Assembly (NCBI GenBank): GCA_031258415.1
Contig: JAIRMW010000136.1
Coordinates: forward strand, 1-44,464
Reading direction: 5' to 3'
Source of the DNA: Prevotellaceae bacterium
GTDB lineage: Bacteria; Bacteroidota; Bacteroidia; Bacteroidales; UBA932
Length of the DNA: 44,464 nt
Within the stretch, counting starts at the first letter, position 1; every line of letters starts with the position of its first letter. The notes under the pieces were generated by a model. That model saw nothing but the letters and a program-made list of their open reading frames with translations. It made no database searches and was not told where the DNA came from. Shown piece by piece: positions 34,413 through 43,069 of this stretch. A program made the position numbers and the translations under genes.

Positions 34413-36995
34413 ATGACACAGACCCTAAAAACACGCCTGCCGGCGCTTATCTTCCTGCTGGCGGCGATCGGTTTTGCCGACGTCGTCGGCCGGGACGCCG
34501 TCGGCTACCGGACGCTCGACCCGAGCTGCCCGGTAGAGTGGGAGGGCGACCGGATCGTCTTTCAGGGACGCAGGATCGACCTCTCGCCCCATGCCTTTTT
34601 CGTCGACGGGCGCCTGACGACCGACGAAATAGCCGATCGCCCCTTTGTCTTCAATTCCCTGAACGACGCCCTCGCCCAAGTCGTCGACGGATCGACCGAC
34701 CAGCCGATGACGGTCTATATCGCCCCGTACGTCTACTGGATCGACGACCCCGACGACCCGGCTGTCCGCATCGCCGCCGACGGGCAGGACGCGCCCGTCG
34801 GCTTGACGGTGCGCTGCAACCACCTTACCCTCTACGGGCTTACCGACAACCCGCAGCATGTCGTCCTCGCCTGCAACCGGGGGCAAACATTGGGGGCGCA
34901 AGGCAATTTTACCATGTTCTCGTTCATCGGCGACGACCTGCGGGTCGAAAACCTGACGATGGGCAACTATTGCAACGTCGATTTGGAATATCCCCTGCAA
35001 CCGTCGCTGAGCCGTGCCAAACGATCGCCTACCATCGTACAGGCGCAGCTTGCCTTCTGCCGCGGCGACCGGATTCTCGCTCGCCGGGTGCATTTTATCA
35101 GCCGTCTGAACACCAAGCCCCTGTTAGGCGGCAAAAGGACGCTGTTCGACCGCTGTCATATCGAATGTACCGACGACGCCCTGTGCCCTACCGGCGTATA
35201 CCTGCACAGCTCGTTTACCTTTTTCAGTTCAAAACCCTTTGCCCGAACGGCCGGCACCGGCGCCCTGTTTCTGGACTGCGATTTCGATGTGCGAACGCGC
35301 CACAGGCAGTACCTCGTTAAGGGCGAAGGACGGGTGACGCTGGTCGATGCCCGCTTTCATCATCCGTCCGATTCGCTGTGGATCGGCTGGACGCAAGACC
35401 CGCCCGACGACCTGCGAAACTATCAGTACAACGTAACCCTCAACGGCCAACCGGTAGCGATCAACCGCGACAAACCCGCCCTCGCCGTCGATATGACCGA
35501 CAAACCCCTGCTGGCGGCCTACCGCTTCGAAGACGGGGGCGACGTAGTCTATAACACCTACAACCTGCTCCGCGGCGACGACGAATGGGATCCAATGGGC
35601 GTCAAGACGCGCGTCGAGGCGGCAGAGCGGCGCGCCGGCGTCCGGCTAACGGCGATTCCCGTATCCCTGCAACTGTCGCCGACGCGGGCGTTCGTCGAGG
35701 CGGGCGCCATAGACCTTACGCTCGACGCCGCCTCGTTCCGTTTCGGTAACTACCGCACCGCCTCCGCGCCCTTGACATGGCGGGTATCGCAGGGCGACAC
35801 GTCGCTGGTGGCGCTACAGGCCGACGGCGAGCAGTGCCGGGTTTTGAGCCTGAACGGGCGCGAGGAACCGGAGAACGTAGTGATTACCGTCGCCGACCCG
35901 TCGGGACTGGAAGCGGCGGCGGTGATAGCCGTCGCGCCGGCGCGGTTGCCGCCGCCCGTCTTTACCGCCCCGCCGGCCATCGTCGCCGGAAAAGGATCGC
36001 TGCGGGTCGCTTATACGCTGGCGCTGGACGGACGCCGCGACGAGTCGCTCATTACATGGTACCGTTGCCGCGAGGCCTCCGGCGCCGACGCCATCCCCGT
36101 AGCCGTAACGCGGCGGGGGCGACCGGAATACGTCTATGAACTCTCGCAGGCCGACGCCGGCTATTACATCATGGCCACCGTAGCGCCCAAGCACCTCCGT
36201 TCCCCGTCAGGGAAAATAGAAAAAGCCATCACCGAGGCGCCCATCGTCCCCGAACAAACCGTCTGGCGCAACCTGTATACGGATTTCCATAGCTTTCCGG
36301 TTGACTTCCAGCCTGAAAAACGCCCCGGCTTCTGGACCGTCGACGCCTATAAACCGCTTGAACTCGACGACGAAAACTGGACGCCCGTACCCGAAAACGC
36401 ATGGGAATACGGCCCCGAACTGAACGGCGCCAAAGGCATGGGGCTGGTGCAAACCGGACGGGGCGCGCGCCTGCTATACACCCCCGTCGAACGACCCTAT
36501 GGCGATATGAGCCTCTCCCTACAGGTCGACCCCTGCAAGCAGGCCGGGCAGGGCTTCTCGATCGCCGGAAAGGGGCAGTATATGGACATTTACATCAAAT
36601 TCGACCCCCTCACCCTGACGGGATATGCCCTGCGCATTATCCGCACCCTCAAATTCGACCGGGCGGTAGACTTTTACTTAGTGAAATATGAAAACGGACG
36701 GACGACGCCTCTCTGCGAGCCGGTATCGACCACCTGCTACCGCACCGGATGCACAATCACCCTGCGGATAGAAGGGGATCGCTTCACGGCGCATGCCGAA
36801 AGTCCGACCATCCCGGACGGCGACCCGATCCCCGGCCTTGTGCCGGTCGTCGACCTCTATGCCCTCATTACGCCCAATCCCTTTGGCGGTACGGGCATCC
36901 AGTATGCCGCCTCCGCGCGGGGAACCTCGAATACCTTTGAGTCGGGAAGCGCCATGCTCCACCGCCTCGACGTGCGTTGGAGCAGTGAACAATGA
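34413..36995 (+). CDS. Secreted right-handed beta-helix protein, pectinesterase (CE8)-like / pectin-lyase-fold N-domain plus C-terminal beta-rich domains
   Basis: Signal peptide MTQTLKTRLPALIFLLAAIGFA. Alternative starts are 34353 and 34401. The segment TIVQAQLAFCRGDRILARRVHF resembles the CE8 QAVAL..GDR..F..C block, and repeated hydrophobic beta-helix turns are present. This is inference only. Confidence 0.5.
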   Translation: MTQTLKTRLPALIFLLAAIGFADVVGRDAVGYRTLDPSCPVEWEGDRIVFQGRRIDLSPHAFFVDGRLTTDEIADRPFVFNSLNDALAQVVDGSTDQPMTVYIAPYVYWIDDPDDPAVRIAADGQDAPVGLTVRCNHLTLYGLTDNPQHVVLACNRGQTLGAQGNFTMFSFIGDDLRVENLTMGNYCNVDLEYPLQPSLSRAKRSPTIVQAQLAFCRGDRILARRVHFISRLNTKPLLGGKRTLFDRCHIECTDDALCPTGVYLHSSFTFFSSKPFARTAGTGALFLDCDFDVRTRHRQYLVKGEGRVTLVDARFHHPSDSLWIGWTQDPPDDLRNYQYNVTLNGQPVAINRDKPALAVDMTDKPLLAAYRFEDGGDVVYNTYNLLRGDDEWDPMGVKTRVEAAERRAGVRLTAIPVSLQLSPTRAFVEAGAIDLTLDAASFRFGNYRTASAPLTWRVSQGDTSLVALQADGEQCRVLSLNGREEPENVVITVADPSGLEAAAVIAVAPARLPPPVFTAPPAIVAGKGSLRVAYTLALDGRRDESLITWYRCREASGADAIPVAVTRRGRPEYVYELSQADAGYYIMATVAPKHLRSPSGKIEKAITEAPIVPEQTVWRNLYTDFHSFPVDFQPEKRPGFWTVDAYKPLELDDENWTPVPENAWEYGPELNGAKGMGLVQTGRGARLLYTPVERPYGDMSLSLQVDPCKQAGQGFSIAGKGQYMDIYIKFDPLTLTGYALRIIRTLKFDRAVDFYLVKYENGRTTPLCEPVSTTCYRTGCTITLRIEGDRFTAHAESPTIPDGDPIPGLVPVVDLYALITPNPFGGTGIQYAASARGTSNTFESGSAMLHRLDVRWSSEQ

Positions 36996-37089
36996 ATAAT
37001 GTAGTTAATGGAGTTAGAGTAGTTAATGGAGTTAATGAATAATGAACAACGAACAACGAACAATGAATACGACGAATAATGAATACAAT
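36988..37089. repeat. Composite 7/9-bp tandem array (AAYAAYG heptamers + KAGTTARWG nonamers) beginning in last codons of upstream CDS
   Basis: aacaatg aataatg tagttaatg gagttagag tagttaatg gagttaatg aataatg aacaacg aacaacg aacaatg aatacgacg aataatg aatacaat. The CDS stop TGA (36993-36995) lies inside the array. Confidence 0.85.
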
Positions 37090-37099
37090 AAATACGTAA

Positions 37100-37138
37100 C
37101 CACTTCACGTAAATACGCGCCGGCGTTACGTGAAGTGG
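37100..37138. other. Long hairpin: perfect 13-bp stem CCACTTCACGTAA / TTACGTGAAGTGG
   Basis: The 13-nt loop contains a further CGC/GCG 3-bp stem. The hairpin sits between the 7/9-mer array and the 21-mer array. Confidence 0.8.
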
Positions 37139-37284
37139 CTACGCATTCGCGCGAATTAGCCACGCATTCGCGCGAATTTGCTCCGCATTCGCGCGAATTT
37201 GCTCCGTATTCGCGCGAATTTGCCACGCATTCGCGCGAATTTGCCACGCATTCGCGCGAATTTGCCGCGCATTCGCGCGAAGCC
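37138..37284. repeat. 7 x 21-bp perfectly phased tandem repeat, each unit with 12-bp palindrome ATTCGCGCGAAT
   Basis: gctacgcattcgcgcgaatta / gccacgcattcgcgcgaattt / gctccgcattcgcgcgaattt / gctccgtattcgcgcgaattt / gccacgcattcgcgcgaattt (x2) / gccgcgcattcgcgcgaagcc. Total 147 bp. Confidence 0.95.
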
Positions 37285-37364
37285 AAACAAAAAAGACGCG
37301 CCGCCCGTACGGCGGCCGCCATATTCAATACCTACTTATTCGATAACATCAAAACGAAATCAAA

Positions 37365-38018
37365 ATGTCAGGACGCGCTACATTAAACAGGTCTAACGCC
37401 TCATTTATCGCGCTGGCCGAGGCCCTCCATTCGCAATCGCATCTTCATGCAGACGACTGGAGACTCGACGCCGCGCAACTCGCTACCTTCGACGCCCTGC
37501 TCGACGTCGCCAAAACAGCCTACGACGCCAATAGCAACCGGAGTACGAAAAACGCCGTTTCGACCGCCAACAAAAACGCGGCGTTCGGCGACCTGCGAGC
37601 CTTTCTGAGTCTGTATATCAACACCCTCGTAGGCAACAGCCGCGTGCCCGACGAAGCCCTCAACTACATGGGGCTACGCTCGAGGCATTCGCGCCGGTAC
37701 GCCCCGCTGCCGAGACCCACCGACCCCATCGTCCTCTCCGTCAAGCGGCGGCACGACGAAATGACCGTCCACGCCTCCCGCCCCGAGCATGGACACCCCA
37801 CCGACGGCGTCGGCGTAAAAAAACACTACGGATTTATGCTCCGCTACCGAATCGAAGGCGCCGAACGCGAGGAAATCCTCATCTCTACCCGACTCCGGCA
37901 CACCCTGTTCTTCGACCGCGCCGACGAAGGGAAAAAAATTACCCTCGCCGCCGCATGGGTCAATCCTCGCCTCGAAACAGGCCCTTGGAGCGAAGACATC
38001 AACGAAATCATCGGGTAA
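37365..38018 (+). CDS. Hypothetical cytoplasmic protein (no signal peptide): helical N-half, beta-rich FN3/Ig-like C-half
   Basis: 217-aa ORF, 27 nt upstream of the next CDS, which implies an operon. The C-terminal ...ITLAAAWVNPRLETGPWSEDINEII resembles the last strands of FN3-type domains. I recognise no family. Confidence 0.6.
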   Translation: MSGRATLNRSNASFIALAEALHSQSHLHADDWRLDAAQLATFDALLDVAKTAYDANSNRSTKNAVSTANKNAAFGDLRAFLSLYINTLVGNSRVPDEALNYMGLRSRHSRRYAPLPRPTDPIVLSVKRRHDEMTVHASRPEHGHPTDGVGVKKHYGFMLRYRIEGAEREEILISTRLRHTLFFDRADEGKKITLAAAWVNPRLETGPWSEDINEIIG

Positions 38019-38045
38019 AAAAAACCTTTTTTTAGCACCACTGCA

Positions 38046-41000
38046 ATGAAAAAATACGCAACAAACCGACTGCAACGACTCGCGATCCTCGCAGCAGGGT
38101 GGGGGATAGCCCTGCTCTTCGGGGCGTTCGCCGCGTCGCCGCCGCCCCGCTCGCTACTGATTACGCCCGAGCAAACACTGGTCTATCATACGTATGAAAA
38201 TGGCGACCGAATCCCTGATTTTTCCTTCTGCGGCTATGCTCAATCGGAGCGACCCATCCCCGACGTACCCGGAAAAGTCAGGGTGCGCTACACGGAAGGC
38301 GACGCCACCGAACGCATCCAGCGCGCCATCGACTATGTAAGCGCCCTGCCGGTGGGCGCCGACGGATTTCGCGGCGCCGTCGTGCTGGAAAAAGGGCGAT
38401 ACCGGCTGGCGGGCAGCCTGCGGATTAGCGCCTCCGGCGTCGTATTGCGGGGTAGCGGATACGCCCCCGACGAAACCGTACTGGTCGGCGTCGGCCCGGA
38501 TCGGGCGACGCTGATCCGAATCGCCGGCCTCAATGATCGCACCGTGATCGACAGCATTCCCGTCGTCGGGCGCTACGTCCCGCTGAACGCCACGCATATC
38601 CCCCTGCCGGAAATGCATTCGCTCGCGGCGGGCGATAAAATCATCCTCACCCGCCCCTCCACCGCCGAATGGCTGGCCGCGATAGGCGCGGACAGGATAG
38701 GCTACTACGTCGACTACCAACTGACCCACTGGCTGCCGGGCGATTTCGACATCCGCTGCGAGCGCACCGTCGTAGCGGCCATGCCGGGCGCCATCGAAAT
38801 CGACGTCCCCCTGCCCCAAGCGCTCGACGAGCGCTATGGCGGCGGATGGGTCGGCCGCTACCGCTGGGAAGGGCGCATCAGGCAGGTCGCCGTAGAAAAT
38901 CTGCGTTGCCTATCGGAGGCCGACACCTCCGTAAATCCCAAAGACGAAAACCATCGCTGGATGGCGATTACGGTCGAAAATGCCGAAGACGGATGGGTGC
39001 GTCGCGTCGTCGGCGAACACTTCGTCAGCAGCGTCGTCGCCCTCTGGGAAAGCGCCCGCCGCTTTACCGTCGAAGACTGCAAATGCCTCGCCCCGATTGG
39101 CGAAATGGGCGGATACCGCCGCTATGCCTTTCAGACAACAGGGCAGCAAACACTCTTCCAGCGCTGCTATGCCGAATATGGCTACCACGACTTCTCCGTC
39201 GGATTTACCGCCGCAGGCCCCAACGCCTTTGTCCAGTGCTACGCCCGTCGCCCCTACAATTTCAGCGGAACGCTTGGCGGATGGTCGTGCGCCACCCTGT
39301 TCGACCGGACGACCGTCGACGGGGCGCCCCTGAAAATCACCTATCGCGACGTCGACGGACAGGGCGGCGGGTGGAGCGGCGTAAACGCCCTCTGCTGGGA
39401 ATGCCGAGTGCCGCAACTCCACCTCGCCACGCCCCCCGATGCCCACAATTGGGCTTTCGGAACATGGGGACAGGGCTATGGCGACGGCTCGCACGAAATG
39501 CCCCGCACCTTTCTAAAACCCGAAAGTTTTTATTACGCCCAATGGGAAGCCCGCACCGGAAAAAAATCGGAAGAAACGGCTAAAATCCTATCCCTGAACC
39601 GCCGCCCGCTCGACAAGACCGACCCGCCCTATACCGCCCTGATGAGTCGCCGTTCGGAAATGCCCGAACTCACGATGGACGCATGGATCGACACAATCGC
39701 CGCCCGCTACCCCCTCGCCGTCGCCGACGACGGCCTGCCCGAGCTCGACGACGTAGCCCCGCGCCGCGAAGAAAAGCCCCCCTTGCCTGCCGCCGCGCAG
39801 CCCATCGGCATAGCGAACGGACTGCTCCTGAGGAATGGAATACCCCTGTCGGGAAATGTGCTCCGCACGGCGCTCTGGAGAGGCAATACGCGCCCAAGCG
39901 GTCTACAGGCCGCCGCCCCGCACCTTACCCGATTTGTCCCCGGACGCGAAGGAACAGGATATACCGACAACCTCGACTCCGTCGCCGCCGGCATGATCCG
40001 GCAAAACATCGTCGCGCTAAACCATTTTCCATCCTTATGGTACGAACGACGCCGCGACGACCATGGCCGCTCGCGCCGCGCCGACGCCGACGTTTGGGCG
40101 CCCTTCTACGAACAGCCCTTTAGCCGCAGCGGTGAAGGCGAAGCCTTCGACCGCCTGAGCCAGTACGACCTCCGCCGATTTAACCCTTGGTACTGGATGC
40201 GATTAACACAATTTGCCGACCTCGCCGACCGGCAAGGACTACTCCTGATACAGGATCACTACTTGCAGCATAATATTATCGAAGAAGGAGCGCACTGGGC
40301 GGACTACCCTTGGCGTTCGGCCAATAATCGCAACGCATTGGGATTTCCCGAAAACACCTACTACGCCGGCGACAAACGAGTGTTTATGGCCGACCAGTTT
40401 TATGATACCACCGTCGAACGACGCGCAGCCCTCCATCGCCAATATATCAGAAAACACTTGGACGAACTGGGCGACCACCCGAACGTCATTCACCACTTGG
40501 GCGCCGAATATACCGGCCCACTGCATTTTGTCCGCTTCTGGCTGGACGTGATCCGCCAATGGGAACGAGAGACCGGTCGCCACGTAAAAGTGATGCTCTC
40601 GGCAACCAAAGACGTTACCGACGCCCTGCTGGCCGATGCGCCCTACGCCGCCGGGGTCGATATTATAGAAATTCGTCAGTGGCACTACCGCGCCGACGGA
40701 TCCCTCTACGCCCCCGAAGGAGGTGTAAGCCTCGCCGAACGCCAGTATGCCCGCATTATCGACGCCGGCGACGACAGCCCCGACGCCATATACCGCGCAG
40801 TCACCGAATACCGCCGCGCATTTCCCGATAAGGCGGTCGTCTACAGTTTCAGAAACACTCCCGATAAAGCATGGCCGGCGTATGTCGCAGGCGCGTCCCT
40901 GTGCAATATCCCCGCCGTCGCCGCCCCCCGCTTCTATAGCGACGCCCGGCAAATGACGCCCCTCGAACACCTCGCCCGGCAGGGCGCCCACTGGGGAATG

Positions 41001-41210
41001 GGTAAAGCCGGCGTAGGCTATATCATATATGTGTGCGCCCAAAAGGTTACCGTAGCCCTCGACCACGACAAAACAACCTACACGGCACGTTGGATCAACC
41101 CCCGCACCGGCGAACTGATCGGCAAAAAGCAACCCCTCGCCGGCGGACAACAACAGGTATGCTCCAATCCGATAGACGGCGCAGCCGTTTTATGGCTATC
41201 AAGAAAATGA
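38046..41210 (+). CDS. Secreted 1054-aa protein: N-terminal pectate-lyase-3-like beta-helix domain + large C-terminal (TIM-barrel-like?) domain
   Basis: Signal peptide. DFSFCGYAQSE...TEGDATERIQRAIDYVS...GAVVLEKGRYRLAGSLRISASGVVLRGSG is the typical N-terminus of Pectate_lyase_3/GH55-28-like beta-helix proteins. The C-terminal half is unassigned. Confidence 0.55.
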   Translation: MKKYATNRLQRLAILAAGWGIALLFGAFAASPPPRSLLITPEQTLVYHTYENGDRIPDFSFCGYAQSERPIPDVPGKVRVRYTEGDATERIQRAIDYVSALPVGADGFRGAVVLEKGRYRLAGSLRISASGVVLRGSGYAPDETVLVGVGPDRATLIRIAGLNDRTVIDSIPVVGRYVPLNATHIPLPEMHSLAAGDKIILTRPSTAEWLAAIGADRIGYYVDYQLTHWLPGDFDIRCERTVVAAMPGAIEIDVPLPQALDERYGGGWVGRYRWEGRIRQVAVENLRCLSEADTSVNPKDENHRWMAITVENAEDGWVRRVVGEHFVSSVVALWESARRFTVEDCKCLAPIGEMGGYRRYAFQTTGQQTLFQRCYAEYGYHDFSVGFTAAGPNAFVQCYARRPYNFSGTLGGWSCATLFDRTTVDGAPLKITYRDVDGQGGGWSGVNALCWECRVPQLHLATPPDAHNWAFGTWGQGYGDGSHEMPRTFLKPESFYYAQWEARTGKKSEETAKILSLNRRPLDKTDPPYTALMSRRSEMPELTMDAWIDTIAARYPLAVADDGLPELDDVAPRREEKPPLPAAAQPIGIANGLLLRNGIPLSGNVLRTALWRGNTRPSGLQAAAPHLTRFVPGREGTGYTDNLDSVAAGMIRQNIVALNHFPSLWYERRRDDHGRSRRADADVWAPFYEQPFSRSGEGEAFDRLSQYDLRRFNPWYWMRLTQFADLADRQGLLLIQDHYLQHNIIEEGAHWADYPWRSANNRNALGFPENTYYAGDKRVFMADQFYDTTVERRAALHRQYIRKHLDELGDHPNVIHHLGAEYTGPLHFVRFWLDVIRQWERETGRHVKVMLSATKDVTDALLADAPYAAGVDIIEIRQWHYRADGSLYAPEGGVSLAERQYARIIDAGDDSPDAIYRAVTEYRRAFPDKAVVYSFRNTPDKAWPAYVAGASLCNIPAVAAPRFYSDARQMTPLEHLARQGAHWGMGKAGVGYIIYVCAQKVTVALDHDKTTYTARWINPRTGELIGKKQPLAGGQQQVCSNPIDGAAVLWLSRK

Positions 41211-41259
41211 AACGGAAAAGGAACATAAGCAAACAACTACAGGATTAAAAAGACACCCC

Positions 41260-42882
41260 ATGAAGCATACACGGAAAAATAGTTGGCTAACGAGCGTTCT
41301 TATCCTCGCGATGATCGACGCCGGTTCCCTTTCGGGAATGCCCGATGCGCCGTCGCCGCCGGCAAAGGAACAGGTATTGACGGCAATGAAGCAGGCCTCT
41401 CGCTTTATGGTAGAGAAAGTCGGCTATCGGGGCGCCTATGTATGGGCATACCTCCCCGACCTCTCGCGTCGCTGGGGCGAACTCGAAGCCTATCCCACGA
41501 TGGGATGGGTACAAAACCCCGGCACGCCCTCGATGGGACATCTCTTTCTCGACGCCTACCATGCGACCGGCGATGAATACTACTACGACGCGGCCTGCGA
41601 GACGGCGAGGGCGTTAATTTGGGCGCAACTCCCCTGCGGAGGATGGAACTATATGTTCGATTACGCCGGCGAGCATTCGCTCAAACGCTGGTATGCGACC
41701 ATTGGAAAGCAGGCTTGGCGGATGGAAGAATTTCATCACTACTACGACAACGCCACCTTCGACGACGGAGGCACCGTGGCGGCGGCCGAATTGCTGCTCC
41801 GAATTTATGTGGAAAAAAACGACCCCGCCTTTCGCCCGCCCTTAGAAAAAACAATCCGCCTTATCGTAGAGAGCCAGTACCCTTCCGGCGGCTGGCCGCA
41901 ACGCTATCCGCCGCGCTACGACCCCACGACCCTCGGCAACCCCGACTATCCCTCCTGCATCACCTTAAACGACGACGTGAGCATGCGCAACATCGACTTC
42001 CTCCTGCAATGCTACCAGAGCTTGGGATGGAAAAACGTCCGCGAGCCGATTACCCGGGCGATGAATATCCTGATTGCCCTACAGCACGGAGCCCCCTGTG
42101 CCGGATGGGCCGATCAGTATACCGTCGACGAACTGAAGCCCGCCCCGGCGCGCTCCTACGAACCCTGCGCCATTAACACAGGCACGACGGTTGAAATGAT
42201 TTATTTGATGATGGAATACTACCGCCTCACCGGCGAAACCAAATTCCTGTCGGGGCTCCCGGCCGCGATCGACTTCCTCGCCTCCCTCCAATTGCCCGAC
42301 GACGAAGTGAAGCGTGCCGGGAAAACCCTCCGGCGCCCGGACGACATCCTCATTCCCCGCTACATCGACCCGAAAACAGGACTGCCGCAGTACATCCATC
42401 GAAAAGGGAGCAACGTCGCCAACGGATGCTATTATTTCGACCAAGACATCCGCCATACCGTATCGCACATAGGCTCGACCGCCGCCGTCAATATCGGAGA
42501 ACTGCGCCGCGCCCTCGCCGAATGCCGAAAAACGCCCAACGACTCGCTCCTGAAGCGCTCGCCCCTCTTCAACGGGCGCCCCCTTCGGAAATACTATTCA
42601 GCCCCCTTCCGCTCGACGACCGCCAACCTGCCGGACGCTGCGACAATCATCGACCGCCTCGACCCTGCCGGCTACTGGCCGACGCCGCTCCCGATGATCT
42701 CCGCGCCCTATAAAGCCTGTCCGCCGCTCCCGCCGAGCGAAGACGACACCTATGCGCAAACACGCGCCGGCGACGAGTACGACACCTCGACCCGTCCGCC
42801 CGAAACGCCCGTCGACGGCGTCCATACCGCCGTCTACATCGCCAATATGATGACCCTGATCCACTATTTGAATAATGAATAA
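41260..42882 (+). CDS. Putative polysaccharide lyase, PL10 / PelA-Pel15E (Pec_lyase) like alpha/alpha-toroid protein
   Basis: Signal peptide. The blocks NATFDDGGTVAAAELLLRIY, QYPSGGWPQRYP and ITLNDDVSMRNIDFLL resemble conserved PL10 pectate-lyase blocks, recalled from memory and not aligned. Confidence 0.55.
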   Translation: MKHTRKNSWLTSVLILAMIDAGSLSGMPDAPSPPAKEQVLTAMKQASRFMVEKVGYRGAYVWAYLPDLSRRWGELEAYPTMGWVQNPGTPSMGHLFLDAYHATGDEYYYDAACETARALIWAQLPCGGWNYMFDYAGEHSLKRWYATIGKQAWRMEEFHHYYDNATFDDGGTVAAAELLLRIYVEKNDPAFRPPLEKTIRLIVESQYPSGGWPQRYPPRYDPTTLGNPDYPSCITLNDDVSMRNIDFLLQCYQSLGWKNVREPITRAMNILIALQHGAPCAGWADQYTVDELKPAPARSYEPCAINTGTTVEMIYLMMEYYRLTGETKFLSGLPAAIDFLASLQLPDDEVKRAGKTLRRPDDILIPRYIDPKTGLPQYIHRKGSNVANGCYYFDQDIRHTVSHIGSTAAVNIGELRRALAECRKTPNDSLLKRSPLFNGRPLRKYYSAPFRSTTANLPDAATIIDRLDPAGYWPTPLPMISAPYKACPPLPPSEDDTYAQTRAGDEYDTSTRPPETPVDGVHTAVYIANMMTLIHYLNNE

Positions 42883-42966
42883 TGAAGAATGTAGTTAGAG
42901 TAGTTAGAGTAGTTAATGTAGTTAGAGTAGTTAATGTAGTTAATGAATAATGACCAATGAATAATA
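42871..42966. repeat. Composite 7/9-bp tandem array (AATAATG + TAGTTARWG x6), same family as 36988-37089, starting in last codons of upstream CDS
   Basis: aataatg aataatg aagaatg tagttagag tagttagag tagttaatg tagttagag tagttaatg tagttaatg aataatg accaatg aataata. The CDS stop TAA (42880-42882) lies inside the array. Confidence 0.9.
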
Positions 42967-43069
42967 TATACGAAAAGCATTGCAGACCACAGGCCGACCG
43001 CACAACGGGACTGGACAGGCCGGTGGCCGAATGACTAATATCTAAAAAAAAATGTAAACAAGTAAACGT

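Noticed and set aside
37032-37396. ORFs with (HSREFAT)n / (ANSRECV)n repeats across the 21-bp array. 42647..43081 (TLTTLTTLT) falls in the same class.
   Set aside because: A 21-bp period automatically yields 7-aa repeats in every frame. The ORFs are open on both strands and overlap the hairpin and array, so they are treated as non-coding. A repeat peptide cannot be strictly excluded without expression data.
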